From the human T2T-CHM13v2.0 reference genome, Homo sapiens, in assembly GCF_009914755.1 (NCBI RefSeq), contig NC_060944.1: a stretch of DNA of 64,000 nucleotides; one strand, 5' to 3'. Under the pieces are notes generated by a model that was given only the letters and a program-made list of their open reading frames with translations, made no database searches and was not told where the DNA came from. This document shows, piece after piece, positions 12,775 through 24,244 of this stretch; positions within the stretch are counted from its first letter, which is position 1, and the number at the start of each line of letters is the position of its first letter. Made by a program: the position numbers and the translations under genes.

Positions 12775-13210
12775 ACTATATTATCCGATAGCTCTAATAA
12801 AAGTCAGATGGGAGAGCTAATCAGATCGTTCCCTTGGCCTGGACCCTTTTAAATCAAAGAAGTCTATTTTGGCTCTCCATGTTAAGTAGACCCAGAGACC
12901 TGACATTTTGTGTTTATTTGAAATGATAAACTTAATCATGAGCGAAATGTTAAGAGATGACAGAACTGGCCACAGTAAGGTCACATCGTGTCCCTGCCAA
13001 ACATAATACAGGCTTTTGCCTTCACTGGGTTGCCAATTCCTGCCACAGGAGGCCCGAGGCACTTGCAAATGGGGACCGGAGTCTGTCTATGTGATAATTA
13101 ATCCATGGCGCTCGGTAAAGACTGCCAAATCTGCCATATGGTAGTTTTATGATCTGGACTGCTGTTATCTCTGGAGAAAGCTAACATCATAATCTCATTT
13201 ACTTGTTATC
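12775..13210. promoter_or_regulatory. Candidate enhancer (repeat-free, motif-dense)
   Basis: TCF/LEF ATCAAAG 12853, TGACA 12901, FOX-like TGTTTATT 12911, TGATAA 12924, AAGGTCA 12977, TAATCC 13099, three TGCCAA. Confidence 0.4.
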
Positions 13211-13934
13211 TGTGATTAGGACTTGTACTTCTACAGGGTAAAATGCAGGCATGGTGGGGAAGCCCAGGGTTCCAGAGCCCTGAGATGCTACTACCCAACT
13301 TTAACGGGAAAAGTGAGAGCACCATTGATATATACAGGAAAAGACACAAAACTCTGATGTGGGCACCTGCATGTGTCCTGACCTCACAGCATTTGGGTCC
13401 CATGAAGAAACCTGACATATATTTTATAAGGACTCAACTGTATGTTTAATAGAAATACCCAAGAAACACTCAAGAAAGTCAGAGGGGCTGCCTCCCAAAA
13501 GTATTGTGGAATAGAATCACATTGCTTCCTCTTTTGTATTTTTTAGGGATGGGCAAGCCAGGTGTTCTGGATATTTTTTTTCCATGGTGACCTTCAGTTT
13601 GGGCGACTGAGTCACCTATACAACTTTCAGTGGTGACTTAGACTTTGATGAACTCTCAAAAGAATTTTGTTGAGAAGTAAAGCTTGAAATTGATTCATGC
13701 CAACATAACTACAAATGACATTGTAATAGTTTCTTACTGGAACTCCACCATGGAGAATAAGAGCTGTGGGTTATCCCAATATCTGTGTGCTCTGTGACTG
13801 CATCCTTTTCTCTCCTACTCAAGGAAGGTCATTATCAAAGATGAGGCTGATGCAGATCTGAGACCATACACACGGTTTTCTACAAGACTCATAACATCTC
13901 TGATGTTATCTAAGTTAATTTCTATTGTAAGTCT

Positions 13935-14438
13935 TGTGGCATACACTATTGATTGATTTTCTAATACACACTCTTCCTTTTTTTGTGTGTGATAAATATT
14001 TCATTTTTTTTTTTTTTTTTTTGTGGATCACAATGAGCCAGGCAACATTTCATAGCCACCCTTGAAGTCAGCATTAGCCATGTAACACATTTTGGCCAAT
14101 GAGATGAAAATGAGTTGGTATATGGGTGTTTAAAGTGGGACATCTAACTGTTCTTTGTTTTTTTCATACTTCCTCTACCTTTTTTTTCTGGTTGGTGCTC
14201 TAGCAGCCATGTTGTTAGACTCACAGAGAGATCTTGAAATTGGAAGCCTCGTGTTAAGAATGGAAGAACGGAAAGAAAAAATCCTGAGTTTCTAGTGATG
14301 TTGACACTATCATAGCAGCCCCAGAATGCCTATCAACAGGCTTTGCTTACTTGAGGGAGAAATAGTTTTTATCCTATTAAGTAATTGTTGTCTCAATTTT
14401 CTATTGTATACTTCTGAACCAAATTCATAGCTGATGCA
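13935..14438 (+). mobile_element. MLT1J MaLR solo LTR
   Basis: TGTGGCATACACTATTG start, GCCATGTAACACATTTTGGCCAATGAGATG core, CTGATGCA end; 5-bp TSD AGTCT/AATCT. Confidence 0.8.
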
Positions 14439-15362
14439 AATCTCTATGATGTTAAATGACAGAAATAAAATATTTCAGTTCATGGTACTCCCCTCTTTCT
14501 CAGGGTTGGCTTTAAGTTCAAGGAGCTTGGATAGGAAGCAGAGGTGGGTGTGAGGTGGAGTCTGGGGTCATGGATTCATGCTGCATTCACTGTCTTGTCC
14601 TTTCTTTAATCTGGCCCTAGGCTGTCACCCATGCAGATTTCACCTGCATCCTCCTTGTTCTGATCACAGATGGCTTTTTTCATCTCTATCTGCCATATCT
14701 GCTCTTGGTGGCCCAGGAAACTTTCCACTTTCCCCAAGATGTTTTTGTTTGAAGTAAAATCCATAAAAGAGTCTCAGGCCCATCTACCTGGACCCTATTC
14801 AAGGATACCCTTTCCTTCCACATATGTTAGGTGTTAAAAACAGAGATTCCCATAAACTTACCACATGGATATGGTCATGACTCTGCCATGAATGTGGTGG
14901 CTTAATTCATATTTGGGTAGATATAAGCTTGCATCAATTCTAATTCATTGTTATATTTTAGTTTATTATAAATTCTAGTACCTTACTGTTGGCAATGATT
15001 AGCTTGCAACTGACTTCATAACAGACCATGACATGCCAACGAGTATATACACCATGGCTAGAAATTCCTGGAGTAAGATGGTCTTCTGGGAGCCTGCAGA
15101 TCTTGGAGCTGCCTCATCATCATTTAATGTAGGGAATAGAGAACCCCTGTCCTAATGCACCAAAAGTTATAGGCCATGAGGATCTGCTAGCTTCGTAGTC
15201 ACCTTGTAAAACTCACAGGGTTAGGACTATTTAAGCTCCAAGAGATCCTCAGGCAGGAAATTTGCTGTCCCTTTTTTAAGCAAATTTGCTTCCATGTGCA
15301 CTTTAGAGCCATTCTGAGAATGAGAAGCAGCAGCCGGCTGGTCATAGACGTTACATATACAC

Positions 15363-15499
15363 ATATATACACATACACCCGCACACATATATCTGTATAT
15401 CTATATTTACTTGTGTATATTTATATACAAATATAGATATGTGTATAAATAATAAATATAGATATACAGATATATGTGTGCAGGTGTATGTGTATATAT
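15363..15499. repeat. AT-rich inverted repeat, 47-bp arms, 43-bp spacer
   Basis: 15363-15409 and 15453-15499 are reverse complements with one mismatch. Confidence 0.9.
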
Positions 15500-15520
15500 A
15501 TATATGTGCATGCACATCTG

Positions 15521-15589
15521 TATTATTTTTATATATGCATGTATAACTTTATTATTTTTATACATGCATCTATATGTTTATTATTTTTA
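15521..15589 (+). repeat. 29-bp tandem repeat, ~2.4 copies
   Basis: TATTATTTTTA starts at 15521, 15550, 15579. Confidence 0.8.
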
Positions 15590-15675
15590 CATTATTATTG
15601 CATTATAGGCATGTATACTTTGCTATTTGAATTATCTTCTTACCTGCTATAAAATTTAAAAATATATATATATGT

Positions 15676-15803
15676 AAATTGAGGTCAAATTCACATACAG
15701 TGAAATGCACAGATTTTAAGGGTATAATCCCATGACTTTGATCACTGTATATGCACTCTGTGACCACAACCCCAGTCAAGAGAGAGTACGTTTCTGTTAC
15801 CCT
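15676..15803 (-). mobile_element. L1M (L1MB/MC-like) extreme 3' end
   Basis: AATTGAGGTCAAATTCACATACAGTGAAATGCACAGATTTTAAGG..CCACAACCCCAGTCAAGA. Confidence 0.7.
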
Positions 15804-16339
15804 ATCAGTTGCTAGGTGATGTACTAAAGATGTTGTTCAGGGGGCTTGAAAATTCGTGTATCCCTGACAGCCCGAGAAGACTGGATAATGTCCCACTGTG
15901 GGTGGGTACTTGGGCTGTGTGTGTCTGGGAAAAGAGATCAGGATATTGCAGCTCACAGGAGTTTCTCACACTGTGGCCTTCCTCCTATCAGTCTTTGACG
16001 TGGTCATTCTTATCCAGAAATCATGTCAGGCTGTTTTCCCCAGAAATATTCTGATTATGTGAATTAGATCACGTGGTCTGCGATAAATCCCCCGTCATTG
16101 TCCCTTGGTATTTTGAAAACTGATGAAACCGCTGATTCTTGGCTCCTTACTTTGTATGCAAATGATAAATTATAGATGGGAAATAAGAAAGAGAAGACTG
16201 TCCCTGGCTTGCTGGTTTGAAGTGAAGTGAGAAAGAACAGTGCTACTCTTGACGATTTATTGTGACATTGCTCAGAAAAATTCAAACCCCAAAGCCTCCA
16301 CATCTCTGGGGACATTGTTAGCCTTCTGCAGGAATTATT

Positions 16340-17110
16340 AAAATGTACAGAAATGTAGGAGCCGCACTTTATAATAATTAATCAGGGTCTGTTGATTAAT
16401 AAAGCTCATTTTTTAGTCCTGATGATTCAGAGTATCATCCAAAGGACAGTGTCCTTGTCATTTTGATTAAGAAACCAGACTTTGCAGTGGAAAGAAGTAC
16501 AGGAACATTCGTGCTTCCTCCGTCTTCCCATAAAATAAATATTGAATGAGAATATTAACTCGTTAACCTTGACAACAATTTGTAATTTTCATAAGGGGGA
16601 AAATCTTGCATATTCAGCAAATAAATCGCTGCAGGGATTTCAGGAAAACAAATTGGAGAGAATGAAGAATGCTACCATATGAATTCTGTCATTTTTATGG
16701 GCCAGGGTGATTTATTTGTTTGTTTAGGTCCCTCAATTAAGGCCACAAATACTGTAAGGTGTCGAGAGCAAGTTAACTGTTACGTCTGGTATGAAACAGT
16801 CAACTAGAAGTGAGAAAGAAAGGTCGCTTGGGGGAAGTGCATAACTGGGCCCCAACCTTGAGTCTTCATACCTTACCAGAACCACTTTACCTGGGGTTAG
16901 CTGCTGAAGCTGTAATTTCACTCTATTAATAGTTTAAAGCTTGTTTTAACAGATAACCCCTTTCACTGGGCAACTGCGAGGGAAAATCATTAGGTGGAAT
17001 TAGCAGTACCAGTCACAGCTTTTCTGGGGTTATCTAATTATTTTGAACTCAATTTAACCAGGAATAGAGATAAAATAAATAACCCATGAACTATTTACCT
17101 TGCTGGTTAG
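16340..17110. promoter_or_regulatory. Candidate enhancer (homeodomain/TALE motif-rich)
   Basis: No recognisable repeat; TGTCA-TTTTATGG-TGATTTAT cluster at 16687-16715; many TAAT/ATTA cores. Confidence 0.35.
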
Positions 17111-17729
17111 AAGGCTTCTTTTGTCCATTAAAAGAGAGAGAGAGAGAGAAGAGAAATCCAAAGCACATGAGGCCAGAATCAAAGCCCTGTTTTCTTAATT
17201 TTGCAGTCATATGGGGGCCTAGGATATATTTCTCTCCTCCTCTGACCTTTTATACTTTTAACCCTGAGACATTTGTTAAGATATATGCCGTTATGCATGC
17301 ACTAAGTGTATTGTTTGCTCCCAGCTAGCTTGGCTTAAAACTTCCTGCTTAGGGACTGTAGATAATCCAGTTTAGGGACTGTGGACAATCCACAGTTTTG
17401 TTTGTAAGGTGTGTTTGCTCACTTTGTTGGCTCCCTGACCATCCCTCTGCAGGGAATTGAAGATTTAACATGGTTATTTAATATTTTACTTGAACACTGA
17501 CTTTTTGAAGGCGAGGCATGGATTAGTATGTTTGTGGCTGGTGAGGTGAAGAGTTAAGTGAAACAAATGTGTTTCATATTTTGCTCAGAACAAAGTGAAC
17601 AAGAAGCAGGGAAAACAGTCCTTCAAGTCAGTGGGAAAATCTGAGACTTTGTGCAGCATGTTGCTGTAATGTTCATCCTGGTTTGAACAGTTTTTAGCAG
17701 CATGATCTTGATCAATTCCCTTCTGTCTT

Positions 17730-17872
17730 GCAGCCTGTTTTCTGTTTAAAAAAATAGGGATAATGATAACACCTACATTGTAAGGTTGATGTGAGGATTA
17801 AATGAAATATGTATGAAGTGCTTATTACAACACCTGAAACATAGTTAAGTCTTTGGAAAATGTTAGCTATTG
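17730..17872 (+). mobile_element. MIR SINE 3' part
   Basis: GGTTGATGTGAGGATTAAATGAAATATGTATGAAGTGCTTA..CCTGAAACATAGTTAAG. Confidence 0.7.
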
Positions 17873-18599
17873 GTAAGAACAGTGAGGGTGGTGTGGTGAT
17901 GTGGATGTGTTTGTGGGTTGAAAATGACAGAAGAGTCAACATACAAGAGAAACTGAACAATTAAATGAAGTTAGTCTCTAGGATCATGGGAAGAGTATCA
18001 AGAACGGAGATGGGGAAGCTGGCTTTGGATTACAGGAGGACGAATGAAAGAGAGTAGTGGTGGAAATACATATATGTAAGTTGCAAATGAAGGACATGGA
18101 AGATGAAGGAGTCCATGCATTAGATTCTTCTTTCCAATTACATGGTATTTGGGTGAACAAGGTCAATGCTGAAAGAATAGACACTGAGGAGTATGTGAAA
18201 ATAAGAAATGAACATGCTAAGGAATGAAAAAGGGAGCTGACCTGAATCACTGGACAATAGACTAGAGGAGAAACTTTGGATCTCACTAACAAACCAGTGA
18301 ACGAATGTATGTTATTGACCTCGCCACCAGGGAATGCTTTATATGAAGAGTTGTGGAAGAAAATCCTTGGGCAACCTGGTTCCATGATGTCATCAAATGC
18401 TTGGTCATGGACAAAAGATAAGAAACAAAAAGATTGAATGCCGATTGCATTTCTTACCTGCAAAAGAGCACCATCTCGTTGTGGTATGCACAGTAGGTAC
18501 TCAGCAAACATTTGTTGGGTGTTGACTCTTCACTGGCTTCAGGTGCCTCAGGGTTAGGGTTGGATATGGTTTTATTAACTGTCTTCATTGATGTTCAAA

Positions 18600-19448
18600 G
18601 GCAAAGAAAATGAGCAACAAAATTCAATAAGTAGTAGTGGTTCAAAGTATAAAATAAATACCTGTGAGTCACGAATGATATAAGTACATGATTGAATAAA
18701 CACATACATATGGGAGAGTAGACAAATATTCCATGAAGAAGAACTCAAAATAATTTATGTAGACACACCACCCTCCAGAAAGTGGAGCAAATTTTCCCAC
18801 CCCTTAAGTATGGAGTGTTCATAGTAACTTCCTTCCAGAGTACAGTAGAAAAGATGAGAAAAAAGAGTGACCCTATAGTGGAAACACCTGACAAGGACTA
18901 CCTCAGCCAGGTGATGAGGGTAAATACTAACAGTGATAGGTTATATTGACAGTGTCTGCCCTGGATGTGATGTGTTGAAAATGGCACTCTTTACCTCTTC
19001 AGTCTTCTCCCCCAAAATTCATAATGTCAGTCTGATAAAGAGAAAAACATTAGCCAAATCCCAATTGAGGAACATTCTACAAAATACCTGACAAAATACT
19101 CCTCAAAACAGTCAAGGTTATAAAAAATAAGGGAAATCTGAGAAACCATCCCATCCAAGAGGAAGCTAAGGAGACACAATGACTAAAGATAATATGGTAA
19201 CTTGGGTGGGATCCTGGGACAGGAAGAGGATGTTAGGGAAAGACCAAGGGAAGCTGAATAAAGTATAGACTTTAGTTGATAATGGTGTTTTAATACTGGT
19301 TCATTAACTGTGAAAACGCACCCTACTAATGTAAAATGTTAATAACTATGGAAACTGAGTATGAGGTGTATTGAGAGTCTCTGTACTGACTTTGCAATTT
19401 TTCTGTAAATCTAAAACTATCCTAAAGTGAACATTTCATTTTAAAAAA
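18600..19448 (+). mobile_element. L1MC/L1MD 3' UTR (~850 bp)
   Basis: GTGGAAACACCTGACAAGGACTACCTCAGCCAGGTGAT, CAATTGAGGAACATTCTACAAAATACCTGAC, end TTGCAATTTTTCTGTAAATCTAAAACTAT. Confidence 0.85.
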
Positions 19449-19879
19449 GCAAACAATCATAAATTTTCACAGAGGGTGATGAATGAGGAGTGAGGCTAAG
19501 GATTAAAATAAGCCGTCTCTGTTCAGCATATGGGAAGAAAAGTCCAGCTCCAAAGGGAGCTCAGAAATGTCAGCGTGTCACTGCAGCAAATGGCAACACT
19601 CTTTCTGTTGCTAAAACAAAGGTATACTTCGGGAAGATTCTAAAATACAACAGAGAGATGTACCTACCTAAAAACATTCTGGGCTGTCATCCAGAGACTC
19701 TCAATACCCCTCTTCCTCCTCCTCTTTCTCTTAAGTCAATTTACTTAAATTCCCTTTGGAAATGGCACTTACCTTCCATGGTTTATGGAATGTTGTGATG
19801 ATTTCGTGAGACCATTCACGCAAATCCTTTAAAACAGCATCTCACTCACAATTACATTATAAATGATAGTTTTCACAGT

Positions 19880-20200
19880 TCCCACTTTCTCCTTAACAAT
19901 ATAGTTCTAATAATGTTGAAAACAATAGATCTAACATTGTTGAAGCATCCCTTAATTGTAAAAATATTTAGATAATTGTCAATTTTTTGATCAATATGTA
20001 AAGCTTTGTTTAATATCTTTGTACAAATGGATTAGCTTCTCTGATAAATTCCTTTGGATAAACTATCAGATGTGAGATTATTATAAAGTCAAAGGATATG
20101 AATGATTTTAAGCTTCTTGAAGCATATCGTGAAACTGCTTTCAGATAAAGAATAAACCACTTTATACTCTCACAGGTCATATAAGATGATGTCTTTCAGT
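19880..20200 (-). mobile_element. Old L1 (L1ME-like) fragment
   Basis: GGATAAACTATCAGATGTGAGATTATTATAAAGTCAAAGGATATGAATGATTTTAAG. Confidence 0.5.
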
Positions 20201-20234
20201 AGTGCATATATGCTCTGGTCATTTTTTTTTTCTA

Positions 20235-20750
20235 TATACCATAAGCCTCTACCTATGTATAAGGAATCCCTTTAGATTCAAGGTCGAGGCTGCCTCCCCG
20301 AGTAGCTGCTGAAGCTGCCTATGCTCACTTCTCCCTGCAGCCTTGAAGCTGAACTGTCATCCGGGATCTTCCAATTACAGGGGCCCAGGCCAGCCCAGAA
20401 TTGGAATGGGAGTCGTAATGAGGAAGCAGGGACCTGCAGAGCCATCTCCTTGGCAGCTGTGGGGTTCTGAGCTCCAGATCAAGTTCCTGGAGGAGCACTG
20501 GCCAGAGGGCTCAGGCAGCAGCCAAGGTCCGCACCAAGGGGTATCAGCAAGCCATGCAGTGGCACCTAGTGCTGGATCAATTTTGCATGTCACCTGAGGC
20601 CATGTGCATGGCTGCTAGTCCTGGACTTAATTCTCCAGCTTTTCCAGGAATGCTGTGAGTGACCCAATAACATTATAATAAATTACCTTTCTTGCTGAAA
20701 TCAGCCCAAATATGTCACTGCTGCTTGCAGTGAAGACCCCTAATGTTTAT
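20235..20750 (+). mobile_element. LTR33-family ERVL solo LTR
   Basis: 3' part CTGTGAGTGACCCAATA..TAATAAATTACCTTTCTTGCTGAAATCAGCC..TGCTTGCA matches LTR33-type polyA/U5 region. Confidence 0.6.
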
Positions 20751-20963
20751 GTACATCATTTTATCATCCCTTAATGACACAGAGTATTAAAATAGTTTTT
20801 ACCTCAGTCCAAATGTTAGGTGAAAATCTAATAGCTTTTTGTTTTAATAATCACTATTGAACTTAAGAATCTTTTCAGATGTTTGCTCATCAACTGGATT
20901 TTACATTCTACTTTTCTTTCCTATAGCATATGCTCCACTTTTTCCATAGTGAAGGAATCTAAA

Positions 20964-21258
20964 GAATCATCATTCTCAGCAAACTATCGCAGGGACAAAA
21001 AACCAAACACCGCATGTTCTCACTCATATGGACACAGGAAGGGGAACATCACACACTGGGGACTGTTGTGGGGTGAGGGAAGGAGGGAGGGATAGCATTA
21101 GGAGATACACCTAATGTAAATGACGAGTTAATGGGTGCAGCACACCAACATGGTACATGTATACATATGTAACAAACCTGCATGTTGTGCATATGTACCC
21201 TATAACTTAAAGTATAATAAAAAAAATTAAAAAAAAGAAAGAAAGAAAGAAAAATAAA
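20964..21258 (+). mobile_element. 5'-truncated L1PA (L1PA3-5-like) 3' end with poly(A)
   Basis: Encodes ORF2 C-terminus IILSKLSQGQKTKHRMFSLI; 3' UTR GGATAGCATTAGGAGATACACCTAATGTAAATGACGAGTTAATGGGTGCAGCACACC; AATAAA and A tail. Confidence 0.95.
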
Positions 21259-21369
21259 GTCTCAACAGAGGAAGAACATACAAAATCGGAGATCATGGCT
21301 CTTTGGCAGGGAGTGTCATTTTATTTTCTTTCTTTCACTTTTCTGCATTTTCTTTTGTTTTCTTCATAG

Positions 21370-21610
21370 TGTCATAGTAATATTTTATGTAAACTGACTA
21401 TGTGCTAATGGATTTCCCAAAGGCTTTCCATGTATTATTTTATTTAATCCTTCAAAAATCATAGGAGACAGATAGTATTGCTATCCCCTTTTCACGGATG
21501 AGAAAACAGCCACAGAGAGGTTTTACTCAAGTAAAACTTTTACTCATGTAAAGTTACCCATCTAGCAAGAGGTGGAGCCAGGAATGAAACCCAAACAGCC
21601 TACTCAAAGA
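21370..21610 (-). mobile_element. MIR SINE
   Basis: ATTTAATCCTTC..TTTTCACGGATGAGAAAACAGCCACAGAGAGGTT..GGTGGAGCCAGGAATGAAACCCA. Confidence 0.75.
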
Positions 21611-22686
21611 GATGGACATTTTTCCCTTTTCATTTAGGCTATACATGATTTCTATGTTGATTAAAAATCACCAACTATTATAAAACTCTAAGAAGAATGG
21701 CTATATAAATGAATCATTGAAATTACTAACAAATCTGTACCAGGACCTGTCTGTTATGGTGGCTGCGGGCATATCTCTCAATTTCCACAATTTGGTTGAA
21801 ATTCAAGGTTTTCTGGAGATCATTGGAATCTGCAACTTTTTATATGTATCCTCACTATAGCTTATTAAAATGAGGCAGTAGGGAAAACGTTGGGGAAAGC
21901 AGTCATTCATTTACGGTGGATTTCATTGACTAATGCCAGAGACCGTTTGTGTTCCACTTTTGTTTCTCAAAGTGCTAATAGCAAGATTCTGTCCCTGAAA
22001 TCCTATTACTGGTGGCAATGGAATATAATCAGGCAGTACCTGCAGGATAAGTCAAAAGATTAAATTAAGTTGGGATTTGAATCCCCACTAAACATAGAAT
22101 CAAACAAAGATTAGATTTCTGGACCCCAGTCTCAGAATGGCTTTCAAGGGCTTCTCTTAAACAACAACAAAAATATATCATTATTCACTTTGACCACTGG
22201 CATGTTAAAAGGAAATGCAGACAAAGAGAGATGAGGGAGGGAAGGAACTGCAACACTATGGAATCAGTTCTTTATTCCCTAAGTACTTTCCGACTTTGCA
22301 GAGCTTGTTCATTTCCTGACTGAGCCTGGAGAAGTCCTATGTTGAATTCACACAAGACACCCATGGACCCTGGAATCCCATCAATCTCGTCCTCATCCAC
22401 TACTCTGCTCCTGACATTTTGGCATCTGAAATTGAATTAGCACAAGGTTTGTTTTGGCTTGAAAAGCCTGTGAGAAGGAATTTGGGAAAATCTGCAATTG
22501 AGCTAAGTATTGGCAATAAATATGTGAAAACTCAGAAAGTGGTGTTGGGAAGGATTTTTTTCACACTTAGCTTTTTCTTTTTTCATTTCCTGTTTTTATT
22601 GGTGATCTTGCTTTTCCTAAATATACTACATCATGACCTTTTAAAAGCTGATTGATGATACACAATCAAGTATTAACTGCGATTCC

Positions 22687-22772
22687 TTTTTTTGTTTGTT
22701 TGTTTTGTTTTTTGAGACAAGGCTGCCCACGCTGGTAACTAAAAAAAAATTTTTTTGTAGAGACGAGGTCTC
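22687..22772 (-). mobile_element. Heavily deleted Alu (AluJ-like) remnant
   Basis: T-rich tail + TTTTGAGACAAGG + TGCCCACGCTGG + TTTTTTGTAGAGACGAGGTCTC; possible degenerate TSD TTAAC..GATTC. Confidence 0.65.
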
Positions 22773-23494
22773 TTAACACTGATTCACAAAGTTGGAAATA
22801 CTTGTTCAAGTTCTTCCCTTTCTCCTACAATGACTTCCATCAAAACCCATGTGCTTCTTGAATGTATCTTTACTCCAAACTGGCTTTTACAGTTCCTCTA
22901 GAGATGTCACTTTTCTTATAGCCTGTTTTATAAAGAAACAGGCTTCATCACTTTATCAAATTAGGGAACAAGAAAGTCACGCTAAAGTGAAGACACCAGT
23001 TGGTGCCTTCAAAAACATACACATTCCTGCACATCAAAAATCTTCAAAGCCACATTTGAATCTGACAACACCAAGAGCCTGTCTATTGTAAAATATATAA
23101 ATCAATAATATCAATTATATGATTGTAAGGATAACTAAAATTTATTGATCACAATACAAGTTAGGCACATGTACTACCTTCTTATTACATGTATTACCTT
23201 ATTTGATCCTAATCAAATAAGTGGGCTGTGTGATAGTGTCTAGCAAGAGTGTGTTCAGTGGGAAGGGGCAGGGAGCAGACACCAATGAGTTGGGAACTCC
23301 TCTTTCTGTTGTTCATACTTTACTTATCCACCATTTAGACAGACTACATTTAACTGTTAGGTATAAAAATGCAAAGCAGTACAGTCATGGGTAGAAAAGG
23401 GATTTTTTTTTTTTAATATTGGAGATTTAAGGAAGATTGGAAGTAAAATATACAAAATCTGCTCTTGAGCATCCTGTATTGATGTAAATTTACT

Positions 23495-24025
23495 ATGTTG
23501 GGACTCTACATTTGGCTGTACATCAAACAAACCAAAGCACAAAAATATACTTATTTCACAAAAACGGCCAGGGCCAGTCTGGCAGAGCTTGGCCCCACAG
23601 CTCGGTGACATTGTCAGGATGTGTTTCTCTCCATCTCTCAGTGCTGCTTCCCTCTGGGTTGACTTTGCACTGAAGCAGGCCACTCTCTTATTGGCTGTCC
23701 TCCACACCATGACTCACGGCCTATCTGCTACAACTCCTGGTGACACAAGAGCACATCTTCCTCCACATTTCTACCTAGGGCCTCAAGTGTGTCTCATTGG
23801 CCTGGCTTGGGTCACACGATCATCTCTAAACTAACCAACACAGCCAAAGAGATTTCTCTGACTGGCCTGGCCTGGGTTATGTGCCCAAGCTTGAAGTCCA
23901 GGGTGGAGCCAACCACTTGGACTAACACTGGAGAAGGAAAGGCCCCCTAGAGGAGAGCTGGGGTGCTGTTACCAAAAGGGTAAAATGGAGGACTGGGCAG
24001 ACACAATCCACAGATATCACCTCTA
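23495..24025 (-). mobile_element. MLT1K-like MaLR solo LTR
   Basis: Duplicated TCTCATTGGCCTGGCTTGGGTCAC/TCTGACTGGCCTGGCCTGGGTTATGTGCCC; GGGTGCTGTTACCAAAAGG..CTGGGCAG. Confidence 0.7.
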
Positions 24026-24170
24026 TTCACTGAGGTAGTATCTGTGATGAAAGAAGAGTGATGATGCTGAAGAAGATTCTGACAATGATTCCCCTGGCAA
24101 AGAAGAAGGCATACAAAGATGTATGACACGAAGGGATGAGACAACTTGGACAAGATTCCTCACGTAGAAA

Positions 24171-24244
24171 TGGGGTAACCAACCATCCCCGTGTGTCTGG
24201 GACTTTTATTGTCATAGGCACACTAGGATGAGTTGGTTGACCTA
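24171..24244. mobile_element. Short hAT-Blackjack (MER81-like) element
   Basis: Degenerate TIRs TGGGGTAACCAAC..GTTGGTTGACCTA with GTCTGGGACT core. Confidence 0.55.

Noticed and set aside
17984-18511. 175-aa minus-strand ORF, the longest in the track
   Set aside because: Starts in an L2 terminal motif and runs through degenerate repeat-like DNA; no recognisable domain or exon structure
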